From a bacterium (GTDB taxonomy: Bacteria; Patescibacteriota; Minisyncoccia; Phycocordibacterales; Zambryskibacteraceae): a stretch of 64,000 bases of DNA. Positions 38,969 through 48,808 of the stretch are shown one piece after another. A model generated the notes under the pieces. It was given only the letters and a program-made list of their open reading frames with translations, was not told where the DNA came from and searched no databases. The position numbers and the translations under genes were made by a program. The DNA lies in assembly GCA_030650605.1 (NCBI GenBank), contig JAUSDP010000020.1, positions 83,282 to 147,281 on the forward strand, read 5' to 3'. Positions within the stretch are counted from its first letter, which is position 1. Each line of letters begins with the position of its first letter.

Positions 38969-40236
38969 AAGAGCGCGGGGAATGTGGCGGAGCCGATTGC
39001 GCTACTGAAGGAATCAAATTGATACAACAAGACCTATTTGCCTCAATAACTGCCGCCTACGCGAATGCGAGTGGAGGAAAGCTTGAAAATAATGCGCTCT
39101 ATTCGGCTATTTCCGATTCAATAGCGCTAGAACAACGTATTCCAATTGGAGCGTCAGGAGATCTTCACAATCCTGCAAAACGACAAATTCGATGGTATCA
39201 GCAGACATTAAAGCGGCTTGGCCTTATCGAGCGCGTGGATCGCGGTGTCTGGCAATTGACAAGTACAGTCAAAGACGAACTTCATCGTGCAACTGCTGAA
39301 GTCAAGTTAGTGGCTTTTAGTACTGATCTTGGTGTCGCTATATGGGCGAGACAGCAGGATTTTTTTTCCGCAATCCAAGAACCTATTTCTCTCTGTATAA
39401 CCTCCCCACCTTACCCGCTTCGCAACGCCCGTGCTTACGGAAATCCTAGTAGCGCCGAGTACGTTGACTTTGTATGTAAATCACTGGAATCTATCGTAAA
39501 AAATTTGGTACCAGGTGCGAGCGTCATACTGAACATTTCCAACGATATCTTTGAGCACAAAAGCCCAGCTAGATCTCTCTATGTCGAACGCTTGGTCATT
39601 GCATTACATGACCGTCTTGGCTTGCATTTGATGGATCGTATTCCATGGGTGAATCTAAGCAAACCACCTGGACCAACACATTGGGCATGCGTGAATCGAG
39701 TTCAACTCAGCGCTGCGTACGAACCCATTTTTTGGTTCACTAATGATCCACATAAAGTGCGCTCAGACAATCGGCGTGTACTTGAAGCGCATACCGAAAA
39801 ACATCAGAAACTAATGGAGTCCGGTGGTGCCAACCGCTATGGCAGTTATGGCGATGGCGCGTATACAATCAGACCGCATTCTTATGGAAAACTCACGGCG
39901 GGGAAAATACCAAGAAATGTTATTCAGCGTGGTCATTCCTGCAAAGATACTCTTAACTACCGCAACATTGCCAAATCACTTTCTCTGCCTGTTCACGGAG
40001 CAATGCAACCAACCAGCATTCCTGATTTTTTCATTCGACTTTTGACTGAACCTGATGAACTAGTAGTTGATCCTTTTGGAGGGACAATTCGCACTGGTTT
40101 GGCAGCGGAAAGGTTAGGTCGCCGCTGGATGGTCACTGAATGGATTGCCGAATATTTGCGAGGAGCCGCTGAACTTTTTCGCCAGAAAGCTGGTTTTAAC
40201 TTACATCCGGCTTTCCATCATCTGGGAAGTATTTAA
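38965..40236 (+). CDS. beta-class amino (probably N4-C) DNA methyltransferase with N-terminal wHTH
   Basis: TSPPY precedes VDPFGG; N-terminal IRWYQQTLKRLGLIERVDRGVWQLT resembles the Mrr N-terminal domain. Confidence 0.9.
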   Translation: MKERGECGGADCATEGIKLIQQDLFASITAAYANASGGKLENNALYSAISDSIALEQRIPIGASGDLHNPAKRQIRWYQQTLKRLGLIERVDRGVWQLTSTVKDELHRATAEVKLVAFSTDLGVAIWARQQDFFSAIQEPISLCITSPPYPLRNARAYGNPSSAEYVDFVCKSLESIVKNLVPGASVILNISNDIFEHKSPARSLYVERLVIALHDRLGLHLMDRIPWVNLSKPPGPTHWACVNRVQLSAAYEPIFWFTNDPHKVRSDNRRVLEAHTEKHQKLMESGGANRYGSYGDGAYTIRPHSYGKLTAGKIPRNVIQRGHSCKDTLNYRNIAKSLSLPVHGAMQPTSIPDFFIRLLTEPDELVVDPFGGTIRTGLAAERLGRRWMVTEWIAEYLRGAAELFRQKAGFNLHPAFHHLGSI

Positions 40237-40238
40237 AT

Positions 40239-40520
40239 ATGTTCCCACCTGATATGCAATTTGATTTCAAATGTGAACGGCATGATGCGTGCGGCGGATA
40301 TTGCAGAACGCTCGAACAATATCAGTTTGAACTGTGTGAAAAATGTATGGAATTTGATATTCGAGAAGTCAATCGTCAAATTTCTATCACTCGACGTCGC
40401 GAAGAATTGAAGAGCATTCATCGGAATCGAACTGCACCATTACCCGCTATCGTTGAGCTTCCACTAAAGAATTCCTGGAGAAAGTTTGAATCCGTAGTTC
40501 GTTTTATAGTGAAAAAATAG
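40239..40520 (+). CDS. small Cys-containing hypothetical protein
   Basis: CxxxxxCxxxC...CxxC, in operon. Confidence 0.55.
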   Translation: MFPPDMQFDFKCERHDACGGYCRTLEQYQFELCEKCMEFDIREVNRQISITRRREELKSIHRNRTAPLPAIVELPLKNSWRKFESVVRFIVKK

Positions 40521-40621
40521 ACGGGCAAGTAGGCAAGAAGCTCAAGAGTGTGTGTGACGCAACTGTTATCTGTCCGCCGTACGTTTCCAAGAAAAAATTT
40601 AGAAAACTGTAAGAGAAAACC

Positions 40622-42988
40622 ATGACTATCGCAACGATTGAAAGCCGGCTAAGGGACGAACACGAATTTCACGCTTTTGAAGTTGACGCCGCAATAGTGA
40701 ACGATCTTATTTATCGACAAAATGGCACGATTTCAACAGCGTTACGCGAGTTGGTAATGAATGCTTTCGATGCCAACTCCGAAAAAGTGGAACTTTTGAT
40801 CTGGGCCGAAGGATTTGACGTTAAAGACGTTGGCGACGGATTCGAGGATGAATCATCCATCATGCGAAACTTCAAACGTTTTGGCACGCCTCACAAAGAA
40901 GGTGATGCAAAATATGGACGCTTCCGAATCGGGCGGGGCCAAGTGATGGCTTTCGCACAAACCACATGGCACTCCAAGACTTACCAGATGATCACAGACG
41001 TCAGATCAAAGGATGCTGGCTTTTTGCTCAAGAAAGACGTTAATCCCTACGATGGCTGTCACGTGTATGGTGAGTTTTACACTCCCCTCGATACGCACGA
41101 ATTACTTCGCGCAATTGAAGACGTCACTAAGTTGGTGCGCTATTCGCCGTGGCCAGTTTTCATCAACCAAATACAAGTGAACGTTCAAGATGGCGTAGTT
41201 TGGGACTATGAAGACGATAAACTCAAAATCAGTTTCAACCCGAAAGGTCGGTACGGCATCAATCTTTATTCGTTAGGTATCCTTGTTAAAGAACTTCAAA
41301 TGTACCGGTATGGAATCACAGCAGATGTTGTAACAAAGCAGGCATTACAGCTCAACATGGCTCGAAATGAAATTAACGAAAATGATCCACTTTGGAGGCA
41401 TGTTCACAATGTGCTGCGCGAAGAACTGCGTAAGCGACAGGGGAACAAAAGCAAACTCACGGAATCTGAAAGACAAGCAGTCATCGATCAGTTTCATTGC
41501 AAAGAGATTGGTTTTTGTGAAATAGCAAAGCTTCCTTTGCTTAAAGATGTCAGGGGCAAGCCATCCTCGTTTTATACCCAACTAGCAAAAAAACGTCCAT
41601 GGACCGTATCTGAAGAAAATCAAGCGCGTATTGCCGACACGGTAAGCACGCGAGGAAATGCATTTGTGCTTCCGCGTTCAGAGTTAGACATATGGCGCGT
41701 AAAGTCGATCGATGCCTTAATTTCCACCGCAAAAAATAACCTAGGGGATGGATGCGAGGAAAATAATGCTCGATTTTATCGTCGCTTACTAAGTGAAGTC
41801 GAGGTAGCGCCGTTTGAGAAGATTAGCGCAGGCGTTAATGATCAGTATGCGTTGATTCCGTTGAGCGACCTGACAGAGATGGAGTGTGCTCAGCGGAATG
41901 CATTGCAATACACGGCCGCTAATATGAGTAAACGCCTTGAAAAGTTGCATGGTGAGCCTATAGGGAAGCGGAAATTGCACATTGGCGTAAGTCATTCGGT
42001 GGCCTGGACAGATTCAAGCACCTATATCGCGTTTAACAGAAAAACCTTGTCGTTGTTTGACAATGGCATGCAAGGGTTAACCCAACTGGTGGCGATCCTT
42101 CTACATGAACTGACACACCGTGATGGGAGTATTAGTAGTAATGGCCACGACATGGCATTTTACGAAAATTTTCATGACGCCGTGATCTGTGCGTCGATCC
42201 AAAACGAGGTGTTAGGAAATGCTATAACGTCACTGCGCAATCAATACACGACAGAACTTACGAACCGAAATCTTCCATTTCCTAAATGGATGGCGGAGCG
42301 TGATCAAAGCTCCATTCAGATTTCGCTCTTGGGCAGTGCACCAACCCCATTGCTTACGTGGTTTCTCAATCTCGTCGAGTTGCAGCCCGTTAAGGGGCGC
42401 GGGAAGATTGAACTTAATGCTAGCAGCCAAAGATTACAAGATTTGCGTGGAATGGTGGACAAACGGGTAGACGCAATGTTGAGGAAGCATGGCCTTCCAG
42501 TGGAGCAAATGACGGATTTCGACCACCTGTCTGACTATGCTGAGCGGGCTAAAAAATATGCAGAGTCAAGACTACCAAATGTAAAAATAATGCTTGCAAA
42601 AGAAGGACTATTAGTGACTGATCTTGCTGCGAAAATTCTTTCAGGTTACACGGGATTTTCCAGGCGCTGTCAATTTGGAGGTTTGACTGCTCTTGCAGAG
42701 GATGAGGGATTTGGTGTCAAGTCTTTACACAAGGAATACAGGCGCAATATAAAGATAATGGCAGGCAAAGGATTCAGTTACAGCAGTAATTTCCGCGACG
42801 ACTGGCGAGATCGAGATATGACAGCAGAGAGTCTAGCGGATGGAGGTAAAGAAGCAAGGTTTGCACATTATAGAAATGTTTTGGAAGAACTCGTGGACGG
42901 CATTACGGATCCAGCCGAGAAGGAAGAATTTTTAGATCGAGCCTTTAGCGACAATATGAGGAAATCGTTGAATGAAGCCAAAAAATGA
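40622..42988 (+). CDS. GHKL (Hsp90/MORC-like) ATPase fused to a HExxH metallopeptidase-like domain
   Basis: LRELVMNAFDA, DVGDGF, YGRFRIGRGQ; ILLHELTH...GHDMAFY. Confidence 0.85.
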   Translation: MTIATIESRLRDEHEFHAFEVDAAIVNDLIYRQNGTISTALRELVMNAFDANSEKVELLIWAEGFDVKDVGDGFEDESSIMRNFKRFGTPHKEGDAKYGRFRIGRGQVMAFAQTTWHSKTYQMITDVRSKDAGFLLKKDVNPYDGCHVYGEFYTPLDTHELLRAIEDVTKLVRYSPWPVFINQIQVNVQDGVVWDYEDDKLKISFNPKGRYGINLYSLGILVKELQMYRYGITADVVTKQALQLNMARNEINENDPLWRHVHNVLREELRKRQGNKSKLTESERQAVIDQFHCKEIGFCEIAKLPLLKDVRGKPSSFYTQLAKKRPWTVSEENQARIADTVSTRGNAFVLPRSELDIWRVKSIDALISTAKNNLGDGCEENNARFYRRLLSEVEVAPFEKISAGVNDQYALIPLSDLTEMECAQRNALQYTAANMSKRLEKLHGEPIGKRKLHIGVSHSVAWTDSSTYIAFNRKTLSLFDNGMQGLTQLVAILLHELTHRDGSISSNGHDMAFYENFHDAVICASIQNEVLGNAITSLRNQYTTELTNRNLPFPKWMAERDQSSIQISLLGSAPTPLLTWFLNLVELQPVKGRGKIELNASSQRLQDLRGMVDKRVDAMLRKHGLPVEQMTDFDHLSDYAERAKKYAESRLPNVKIMLAKEGLLVTDLAAKILSGYTGFSRRCQFGGLTALAEDEGFGVKSLHKEYRRNIKIMAGKGFSYSSNFRDDWRDRDMTAESLADGGKEARFAHYRNVLEELVDGITDPAEKEEFLDRAFSDNMRKSLNEAKK

Positions 42989-43080
42989 GAGCCGAAACGA
43001 ACTTGATATTCTACTCTTTGGCACCGACTGCTCAGGCGCGAATAGGCGTTAAGTACATTAGATCGAGGAAAATAGTATGA
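42985..43080 (+). CDS. 31-aa translationally coupled mini-ORF
   Basis: ATGA overlaps at both ends. Confidence 0.35.
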   Translation: MRAETNLIFYSLAPTAQARIGVKYIRSRKIV

Positions 43081-43385
43081 AAAGTACACAGGAACAAGTT
43101 GAGCGCGGGATTGAATTATTGACGCTCTGCCAGAATTTGCAATCTGATAAAGATGGGGTCGAGCGCTCTGAACCTTTTAAAGTTGGAGCGCACGACGCGT
43201 TTTCAAAAGATATTGAGCAGGCTTGCACAAACCTTGCGGCATTGAATAAATTGATACCAATGATGCTAAAGCTTGCCGAAATTGGGCGCAAATTGGAGAG
43301 TGCAAAGAAAATCGAAGTCGATTATGGCGGCGATTATTCAGAAGCGGCATTGAAATATCTGGCTGCAGAACATCACTGCCAATAA
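43077..43385 (+). CDS. hypothetical protein
   Basis: 102 aa, GAGG RBS, last gene of the operon. Confidence 0.7.
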   Translation: MKSTQEQVERGIELLTLCQNLQSDKDGVERSEPFKVGAHDAFSKDIEQACTNLAALNKLIPMMLKLAEIGRKLESAKKIEVDYGGDYSEAALKYLAAEHHCQ

Positions 43386-43425
43386 TTGCAAAGTGGGAGC
43401 CGCCTGATGTTGTGGCACCCCCAAT

Positions 43426-43830
43426 TTACTCTATTTGACCGCTTTCCAAAGCTGCCCTGATCATTTCAAGGTGCGATGGTTTAAATGTTTCCAAGACTTT
43501 AAAAAGTGTGCTTGCCTGGCGTTTTCTTGCATCTACTGTGACATGCATATACTCAAGTAGCCCTGGGGTGCGCCTTGCCAGTATGGCGATCAACTCCATC
43601 GCATGCGGCAGTGGCAGCACCGCGATCAGAGCATCTAGCTCTGCGGTGGACGCCATGAGATTTTTTATCGGTGTCGCTTCTATTTTTTCCAACATCTTGT
43701 CGCAAACAACGTCAATGTTCCGATTTCTTGAGAATCGTTTGGTTAGAAGATTTTTCAGATAATTGATGGAATGAGATTTGGTGATCATCGCTGAATCCAG
43801 GTTAATTATTGAAGGCAAATTGGTTGCCAA
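43426..43830 (-). CDS. hypothetical protein
   Basis: 134 aa, overlaps the 3' end of the HerA-like gene. Confidence 0.65.
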   Translation of the reverse strand: MATNLPSIINLDSAMITKSHSINYLKNLLTKRFSRNRNIDVVCDKMLEKIEATPIKNLMASTAELDALIAVLPLPHAMELIAILARRTPGLLEYMHVTVDARKRQASTLFKVLETFKPSHLEMIRAALESGQIE

Positions 43831-45368
43831 ATATTTTCATTGGAACCCTTGTTCTTAATCTGAACCATTGCGGTTTTCGTCAGTTTTATCCATTTAAGAT
43901 AATCTTCGGTAATCCGCATCTTTACTGAGGAAGGACGCCAATACATCTCGTCAATACCGAGAATGATTTTTGTTGCCACGCAACTGAGAAAATCATCTGA
44001 AAAGTGGGTTGGATTTTGACTGGCACATATAAGCGCCATACCAAATTTTCGCGCTTCTTTTGCGATCGTGTTGATAATATTGTCTGGGTCATCATCACTA
44101 TACAAGTGCGCCTCATCAAGAATAATTACATGCGTAATATGATCTTGTTCCCCATTTTTTACTGCATTGGCGAAGCTTTCTTCCAAACTAAAGAGCGTAA
44201 ATAACTTATTTTCTTCTGGATTCAACGCGGGAGTAACATAGCGCCAGACTATTTTTGACTTGTCGAACGGTGGTTCTTTCGATTTGTAGATTCCGGTAGA
44301 TACTAAGTTTTCAAGTCGATCCACAACCGATTTCAGCACATCCGTACTGTCGTATTTCATTACATCATCTAACTCGCGCCCGGTTCGAATTGACTGGGCG
44401 TATTTAGTATAGGAGGCCAGAACTTTTGCTAAACTTTTTTCAATCTCCTCATCCATTTTCTCTTTATCGTCTGCTGCCGCACCCCGGCGCATTCCTTCAG
44501 TCACTTTTCGATGATAATTTGTACTGGCTCGGTTGTGGATGTCTAAATAGGTGATGGCTTCCTGATCTGCTCCCATGAACGACATTTTAAGTATTCGTTT
44601 CGCCAGGTTGAGCGCGTCTTCAAGCGTTGGATTTGTGCGTCCTGATCGCTTTGGAGGCCATCTGGTGAGCCCATCTTTGTAAATATCTGCTGGGACCCAC
44701 CAACATGTTTTCTCTGGATCCCAGCGTGCACCTAACGCCTTTGCTTGATCTTTTTCTCCAATAGGAACGGCAAGATACAAGCGGCCATCAGAGCCATCAG
44801 ATAAGAGATGATCTTCTCTTTCATCGATAGTCCATGTGGCCGGGTCGTCTTGTTTGAACCCATGCAGCGTATACAGATCGTAGAGGATATTGCGCAAACA
44901 AGCTTCCTGTTTTCCCCCGAGCTGGCGCATGACACGATTCATGTTGGAGATAAATCGTTGGACCCGTTTTCTAACGCCGCCAAAATGAGGATCCGGATCT
45001 ATTTTTAACGGATTCAAACCGTAGTTCGACTGTTCAGAAAATGACATTGAACTGGCCCCCTCAATCCTAATGTCTCCGTGTCGATCAAATATCGAGATGC
45101 GAAGATCAGCCTTGTTCGTTGCCGTCGCTTCCATGTCGCCGATTATTTTGCGCAGCGTATAGGTTTTCCCGGCGCCACTCATTCCAATCAAAAGCATGTG
45201 TCCGTTCGCTGTTTTCTGAGTATCAATTTGAATGGATTTAATTTTTGATTCTTTTCTGGCAACGGCGCATTCGCCAATATTTACTAGCATCTTGTCCTCA
45301 TCATTTTCTGTATTACGAGTTTTTCTGTCTGTTGCTTTAATGGTGTTTTTCAGTATATTATGCATCAT
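43806..45368 (-). CDS. HerA/FtsK/VirB4-superfamily ATPase with a DUF5710-like insert
   Basis: GMSGAGKT, D.HGD, IILDEAH, EARKFG..L..ASQ; insert LYLAVPIGEKDQAKALGARWDPEKTCWWVP. Confidence 0.85.
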   Translation of the reverse strand: MMHNILKNTIKATDRKTRNTENDEDKMLVNIGECAVARKESKIKSIQIDTQKTANGHMLLIGMSGAGKTYTLRKIIGDMEATATNKADLRISIFDRHGDIRIEGASSMSFSEQSNYGLNPLKIDPDPHFGGVRKRVQRFISNMNRVMRQLGGKQEACLRNILYDLYTLHGFKQDDPATWTIDEREDHLLSDGSDGRLYLAVPIGEKDQAKALGARWDPEKTCWWVPADIYKDGLTRWPPKRSGRTNPTLEDALNLAKRILKMSFMGADQEAITYLDIHNRASTNYHRKVTEGMRRGAAADDKEKMDEEIEKSLAKVLASYTKYAQSIRTGRELDDVMKYDSTDVLKSVVDRLENLVSTGIYKSKEPPFDKSKIVWRYVTPALNPEENKLFTLFSLEESFANAVKNGEQDHITHVIILDEAHLYSDDDPDNIINTIAKEARKFGMALICASQNPTHFSDDFLSCVATKIILGIDEMYWRPSSVKMRITEDYLKWIKLTKTAMVQIKNKGSNENIWQPICLQ

Positions 45369-45423
45369 ACGCTAAACAATTAGCAATTCAATGAGTAGCA
45401 AACAACCGTTAAGAAAGTCTTGA

Positions 45424-46116
45424 ATGGCCGGAATTTTCAAAAAAATAGTTCGTTTCTATGCATATCCGATCATTCGTCCAGCGGAAATCATCGGTGCTTC
45501 AGTGAAGGCGATCGGTTCTTCACTCAAAGAAGCGTCGGGTAATAACATCGATCCAGATGACCTATTAACGTTTGATGAGGTGAAGGCTAACCGGGAAGCC
45601 GTAGCCGATCTAGTCGAACAGCGCGACCTGCAGCGCGAAAGGGCCGGTAGACGCGTAGGTCTCTTTATATTGGGTGTATTCGCGATCGTATGCGTTGTCG
45701 CTCTTTTTAATTTTGTCGTTGCAATTGGAGCAAGAGATGCCCAATCGGCTAAAGGGCACGCCATCAATTTTCTCGTCGGTTTATTTATCTGCGCTGCCGG
45801 CGCTATTTGGATTCAATCCTTTTTTGCGAAACGAAGTTTGCCTTCTCTTGACGCGCTTTTGGTTCATTTGATTTTGATTAAACGCCTTTTGATTTTGATG
45901 CTCACGGTGTCAATCGCAGTGTTTATTGTCAATTTGGCCTTTGTGCGAGTTATGGGAGTGATTCTGTCCCTCGCTGGTATGTGCTTAATTTTGTCGTACT
46001 TGTTTCGGTATTCCTTGAGGATCGAGCAGTTGAAATCTGGAAGTCAATTATCGGCTAGTAGTTTCTATAGAAAAACTGGTTGGACCAATTTCTTTAATAT
46101 GGAGTTTGGCGAATGA
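45424..46116 (+). CDS. membrane protein, possibly TraX-like
   Basis: Four TM segments; heads the trb block. Confidence 0.55.
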   Translation: MAGIFKKIVRFYAYPIIRPAEIIGASVKAIGSSLKEASGNNIDPDDLLTFDEVKANREAVADLVEQRDLQRERAGRRVGLFILGVFAIVCVVALFNFVVAIGARDAQSAKGHAINFLVGLFICAAGAIWIQSFFAKRSLPSLDALLVHLILIKRLLILMLTVSIAVFIVNLAFVRVMGVILSLAGMCLILSYLFRYSLRIEQLKSGSQLSASSFYRKTGWTNFFNMEFGE

Positions 46117-46556
46117 TCCCTATTCCCCTTCCAGTACAACTGCCAGTAGATATGCCGCATCAATGTGTCCTCCAGGCCGCGATGGATTATCAAGTGTCGC
46201 CTGCAATTCTTTACGCGATTCGCACAAAAGAAGGTGGCAAGGTTGGGGTGTCTTCGGCCATTAACACCAATAACACGCGGGATCACAATCAAACTCAAAT
46301 TAATGATAAATGGATGAATACATTCTATAAACAGGAAGGTATTCATCCTCAATTACTGGCCAGTGACGCCTGCCTGGGAATACGTGCAACTGCCTACATC
46401 ATTAGATACGAAATCAACCGTGTTGGTGACTTCTGGCGGGGCGTCGGCAATTACCACAGTCGAACGCAAGAGAAAAATAAAAACTACTTAAAAGATATTT
46501 ATCCCTTGTCTATGCAATACGAACAAATATTGCGAAGAAATGGTTGGATTAAATAA
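46113..46556 (+). CDS. lytic transglycosylase (TrbN-like)
   Basis: CV..AA..Y, AI...EGG, QIN, VGNYHS. Confidence 0.88.
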   Translation: MIPIPLPVQLPVDMPHQCVLQAAMDYQVSPAILYAIRTKEGGKVGVSSAINTNNTRDHNQTQINDKWMNTFYKQEGIHPQLLASDACLGIRATAYIIRYEINRVGDFWRGVGNYHSRTQEKNKNYLKDIYPLSMQYEQILRRNGWIK

Positions 46557-47725
46557 TGGCACAAGGTCAGGCTCAAGGACAAGCAATGTCCCCAGCTTTC
46601 ATGATTGGACTGATGCTCATGGTATTGGCTGGTTTTTCATGGGGCGTCTGGATGTTAATGCATGGCCCTATCAGCTATTGGATCCTGTACGCAAAGTGGA
46701 TAGAAGCAATCCCATTTGCATGGATTCCAGGCCCTCGCTTTTTAGTTGAAAGAATGATTTCTTATGCCCCTCGTTCAGCCCATTTGGAATTTTTGGAGCT
46801 GATGATTGCTATTTACCCAACGTCTCTTCTCTACACCCCGATTGCATTGTATTTTGGGTATCGCTTTTCTAAGACTGCCTATAGCCACCCGCTGAGGAAA
46901 GCGAAAAGGCTACATACCGCTCAATCACTGATGGAGGCACAGGTGAAGAGTTTTTCAGCAATTGCCCCTATTCTTGACCGTGATTTAACTCGTGAAAACC
47001 CGCCAGAGTGGAGGTCATCCGAAGATCCCGATCTATTTGCAAAAAAAAATCGCCTGGTCCGATCAGATGCCACGCTAGATCGAGAACGTGCTGAAATTGT
47101 CTTTGTGGATCACCTTGGACGCCTCCATGACAATGATCCTCGAAAATGGAAACCCCATGAGCAAGCAATGTTTTCCTTGTTTTGCGAAGCTGTGTTTGAG
47201 CCAGAAGACGGTTTTTCAAATGCGGAAATGCTTATCGATGTTCTCAATTATTCTGCCAAATATCGCAATGGAAAACACGTACCAAATTTTTCCTTGGCAA
47301 CTAAGCTGTATCAGAAATGGCTCCCTCGGATTCATACACACGAAGATTTGAAAGACATGATGACGCGGCATCGTTATGTGCGTACCTTAATTTACGCGCT
47401 GATGATGGAAACCACTGACGAGGGGTTTTACGAACATACTAATAAAGGAGTTATGAACTCCGGGCAATTCATATGGCTGAAGCCTGTCGATCGCCAGCTC
47501 TGGTATCCGCTTAATACAGTCGGCAGAAAAACCCCCTTTCTCGAATCAACAGCTGTTTTTACGCAATTTGGCTGCGAAATGACGGCTTGGAAAAATGCTC
47601 ACGTTCTAGTGGAACCTCATTTACACAATGGTGTGGTCGCGTGGGAAGAGGAATTGTTCAGATGTGGACTTGTCCTAAAAGACCCCAGAAAAATAATGAC
47701 CGATAGTTACGATGTCCACGAGTGA
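46556..47725 (+). CDS. trbA: TrbA/DotM(IcmP)
   Basis: N-terminal TMs; FIWLKPVDRQLWYPLNTVGR. Confidence 0.9.
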   Translation: MAQGQAQGQAMSPAFMIGLMLMVLAGFSWGVWMLMHGPISYWILYAKWIEAIPFAWIPGPRFLVERMISYAPRSAHLEFLELMIAIYPTSLLYTPIALYFGYRFSKTAYSHPLRKAKRLHTAQSLMEAQVKSFSAIAPILDRDLTRENPPEWRSSEDPDLFAKKNRLVRSDATLDRERAEIVFVDHLGRLHDNDPRKWKPHEQAMFSLFCEAVFEPEDGFSNAEMLIDVLNYSAKYRNGKHVPNFSLATKLYQKWLPRIHTHEDLKDMMTRHRYVRTLIYALMMETTDEGFYEHTNKGVMNSGQFIWLKPVDRQLWYPLNTVGRKTPFLESTAVFTQFGCEMTAWKNAHVLVEPHLHNGVVAWEEELFRCGLVLKDPRKIMTDSYDVHE

Positions 47726-48806
47726 CGCGAAAATTCAACCTAAAGTAGATTGCACAAAAATGAATATCCTTTCAAAACTAAGAGCCCGCCGTTTAGGCGA
47801 AAGTGTATCCATCATCAAAGCAAAAGACGGATTTAACGTCGTTCGTTTGCATTTCCCATACAGCGCATTACCAGGGAAGCCGTTGCACGGATTTTCTATT
47901 GGCATTTCTAACGGGATCCCTGATTTTTTTATCGAGCCTGCGACTGATGCTTTTGACGAAAAAACATTGGATCAAGGCGGTTGGAATTTAACACTAAGAA
48001 ATCACGTTCATAGCAAAGCAGAAGAATCGCTTGTCAAGGCATCAAATGATATTGCTTCCTTACCTGCGGCACCAGCGCCACTCATTCTTGCGTCATTTGA
48101 TACTGAAAAGAACGCTGCATACGCGTTGGATATTGCGCAAGCGGCTTTGAAAAAAAATGGTTCTACTCGAATGATAATGACTCGCTCTAGCACAGCTAAT
48201 CAAAACCATATTTCAAATCAAAAGAGTGGAATTATGAAATGGTCATTGCGATTGGTTACTTCAATTGTTTTCGTCGTTGTTGCATCTTTTCTCTACTTGC
48301 TCGGATCCACTACTGTTTCAGCCAAAAAAACAATTGAAACGGCCACAGCATTGGTAAAAGCGGAGTTACCCAGCGCCGACACAGCGATCCATTACTCATC
48401 AAATACCATCGACAAAAACAAAATTCTTTACATATTCACTGATCCTGGCTGTGAAAATTGCAAAAAATATCACCCGATAGCCTCTGCGTTGCAAAAAAAG
48501 GGTTACGACGTTTGGATATTCCCTTTGGCAGTGATGGAGGGCTCACAACACAGCATTGCAGCGGTCATGTGCAGCGACGATAGAACCTCCGCATGGAATG
48601 CCGTGATGCAGACTGGGCAGATTTTGAATTCACCTACATGCGCGTCAAAAGATGCAGGCGCAATCAATATGAAGTTGTTTGATGCATTTCACTTCAAGGA
48701 TGCGCCAACAACCATACTTGGGAACGGTGTTGTTTTCGAAGGTGTAAAAAGCGCTAGCGACATCGAACAATTGGCGCAGGCGCAAGCACCAGCGGCCATC
48801 CAGTAA
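47712..48806 (+). CDS. trbB: TrbB thioredoxin-fold protein
   Basis: TM then IFTDPGCENCK; between trbA and trbC. Confidence 0.8.
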   Translation: MSTSDAKIQPKVDCTKMNILSKLRARRLGESVSIIKAKDGFNVVRLHFPYSALPGKPLHGFSIGISNGIPDFFIEPATDAFDEKTLDQGGWNLTLRNHVHSKAEESLVKASNDIASLPAAPAPLILASFDTEKNAAYALDIAQAALKKNGSTRMIMTRSSTANQNHISNQKSGIMKWSLRLVTSIVFVVVASFLYLLGSTTVSAKKTIETATALVKAELPSADTAIHYSSNTIDKNKILYIFTDPGCENCKKYHPIASALQKKGYDVWIFPLAVMEGSQHSIAAVMCSDDRTSAWNAVMQTGQILNSPTCASKDAGAINMKLFDAFHFKDAPTTILGNGVVFEGVKSASDIEQLAQAQAPAAIQ

Positions 48807-48808
48807 TC

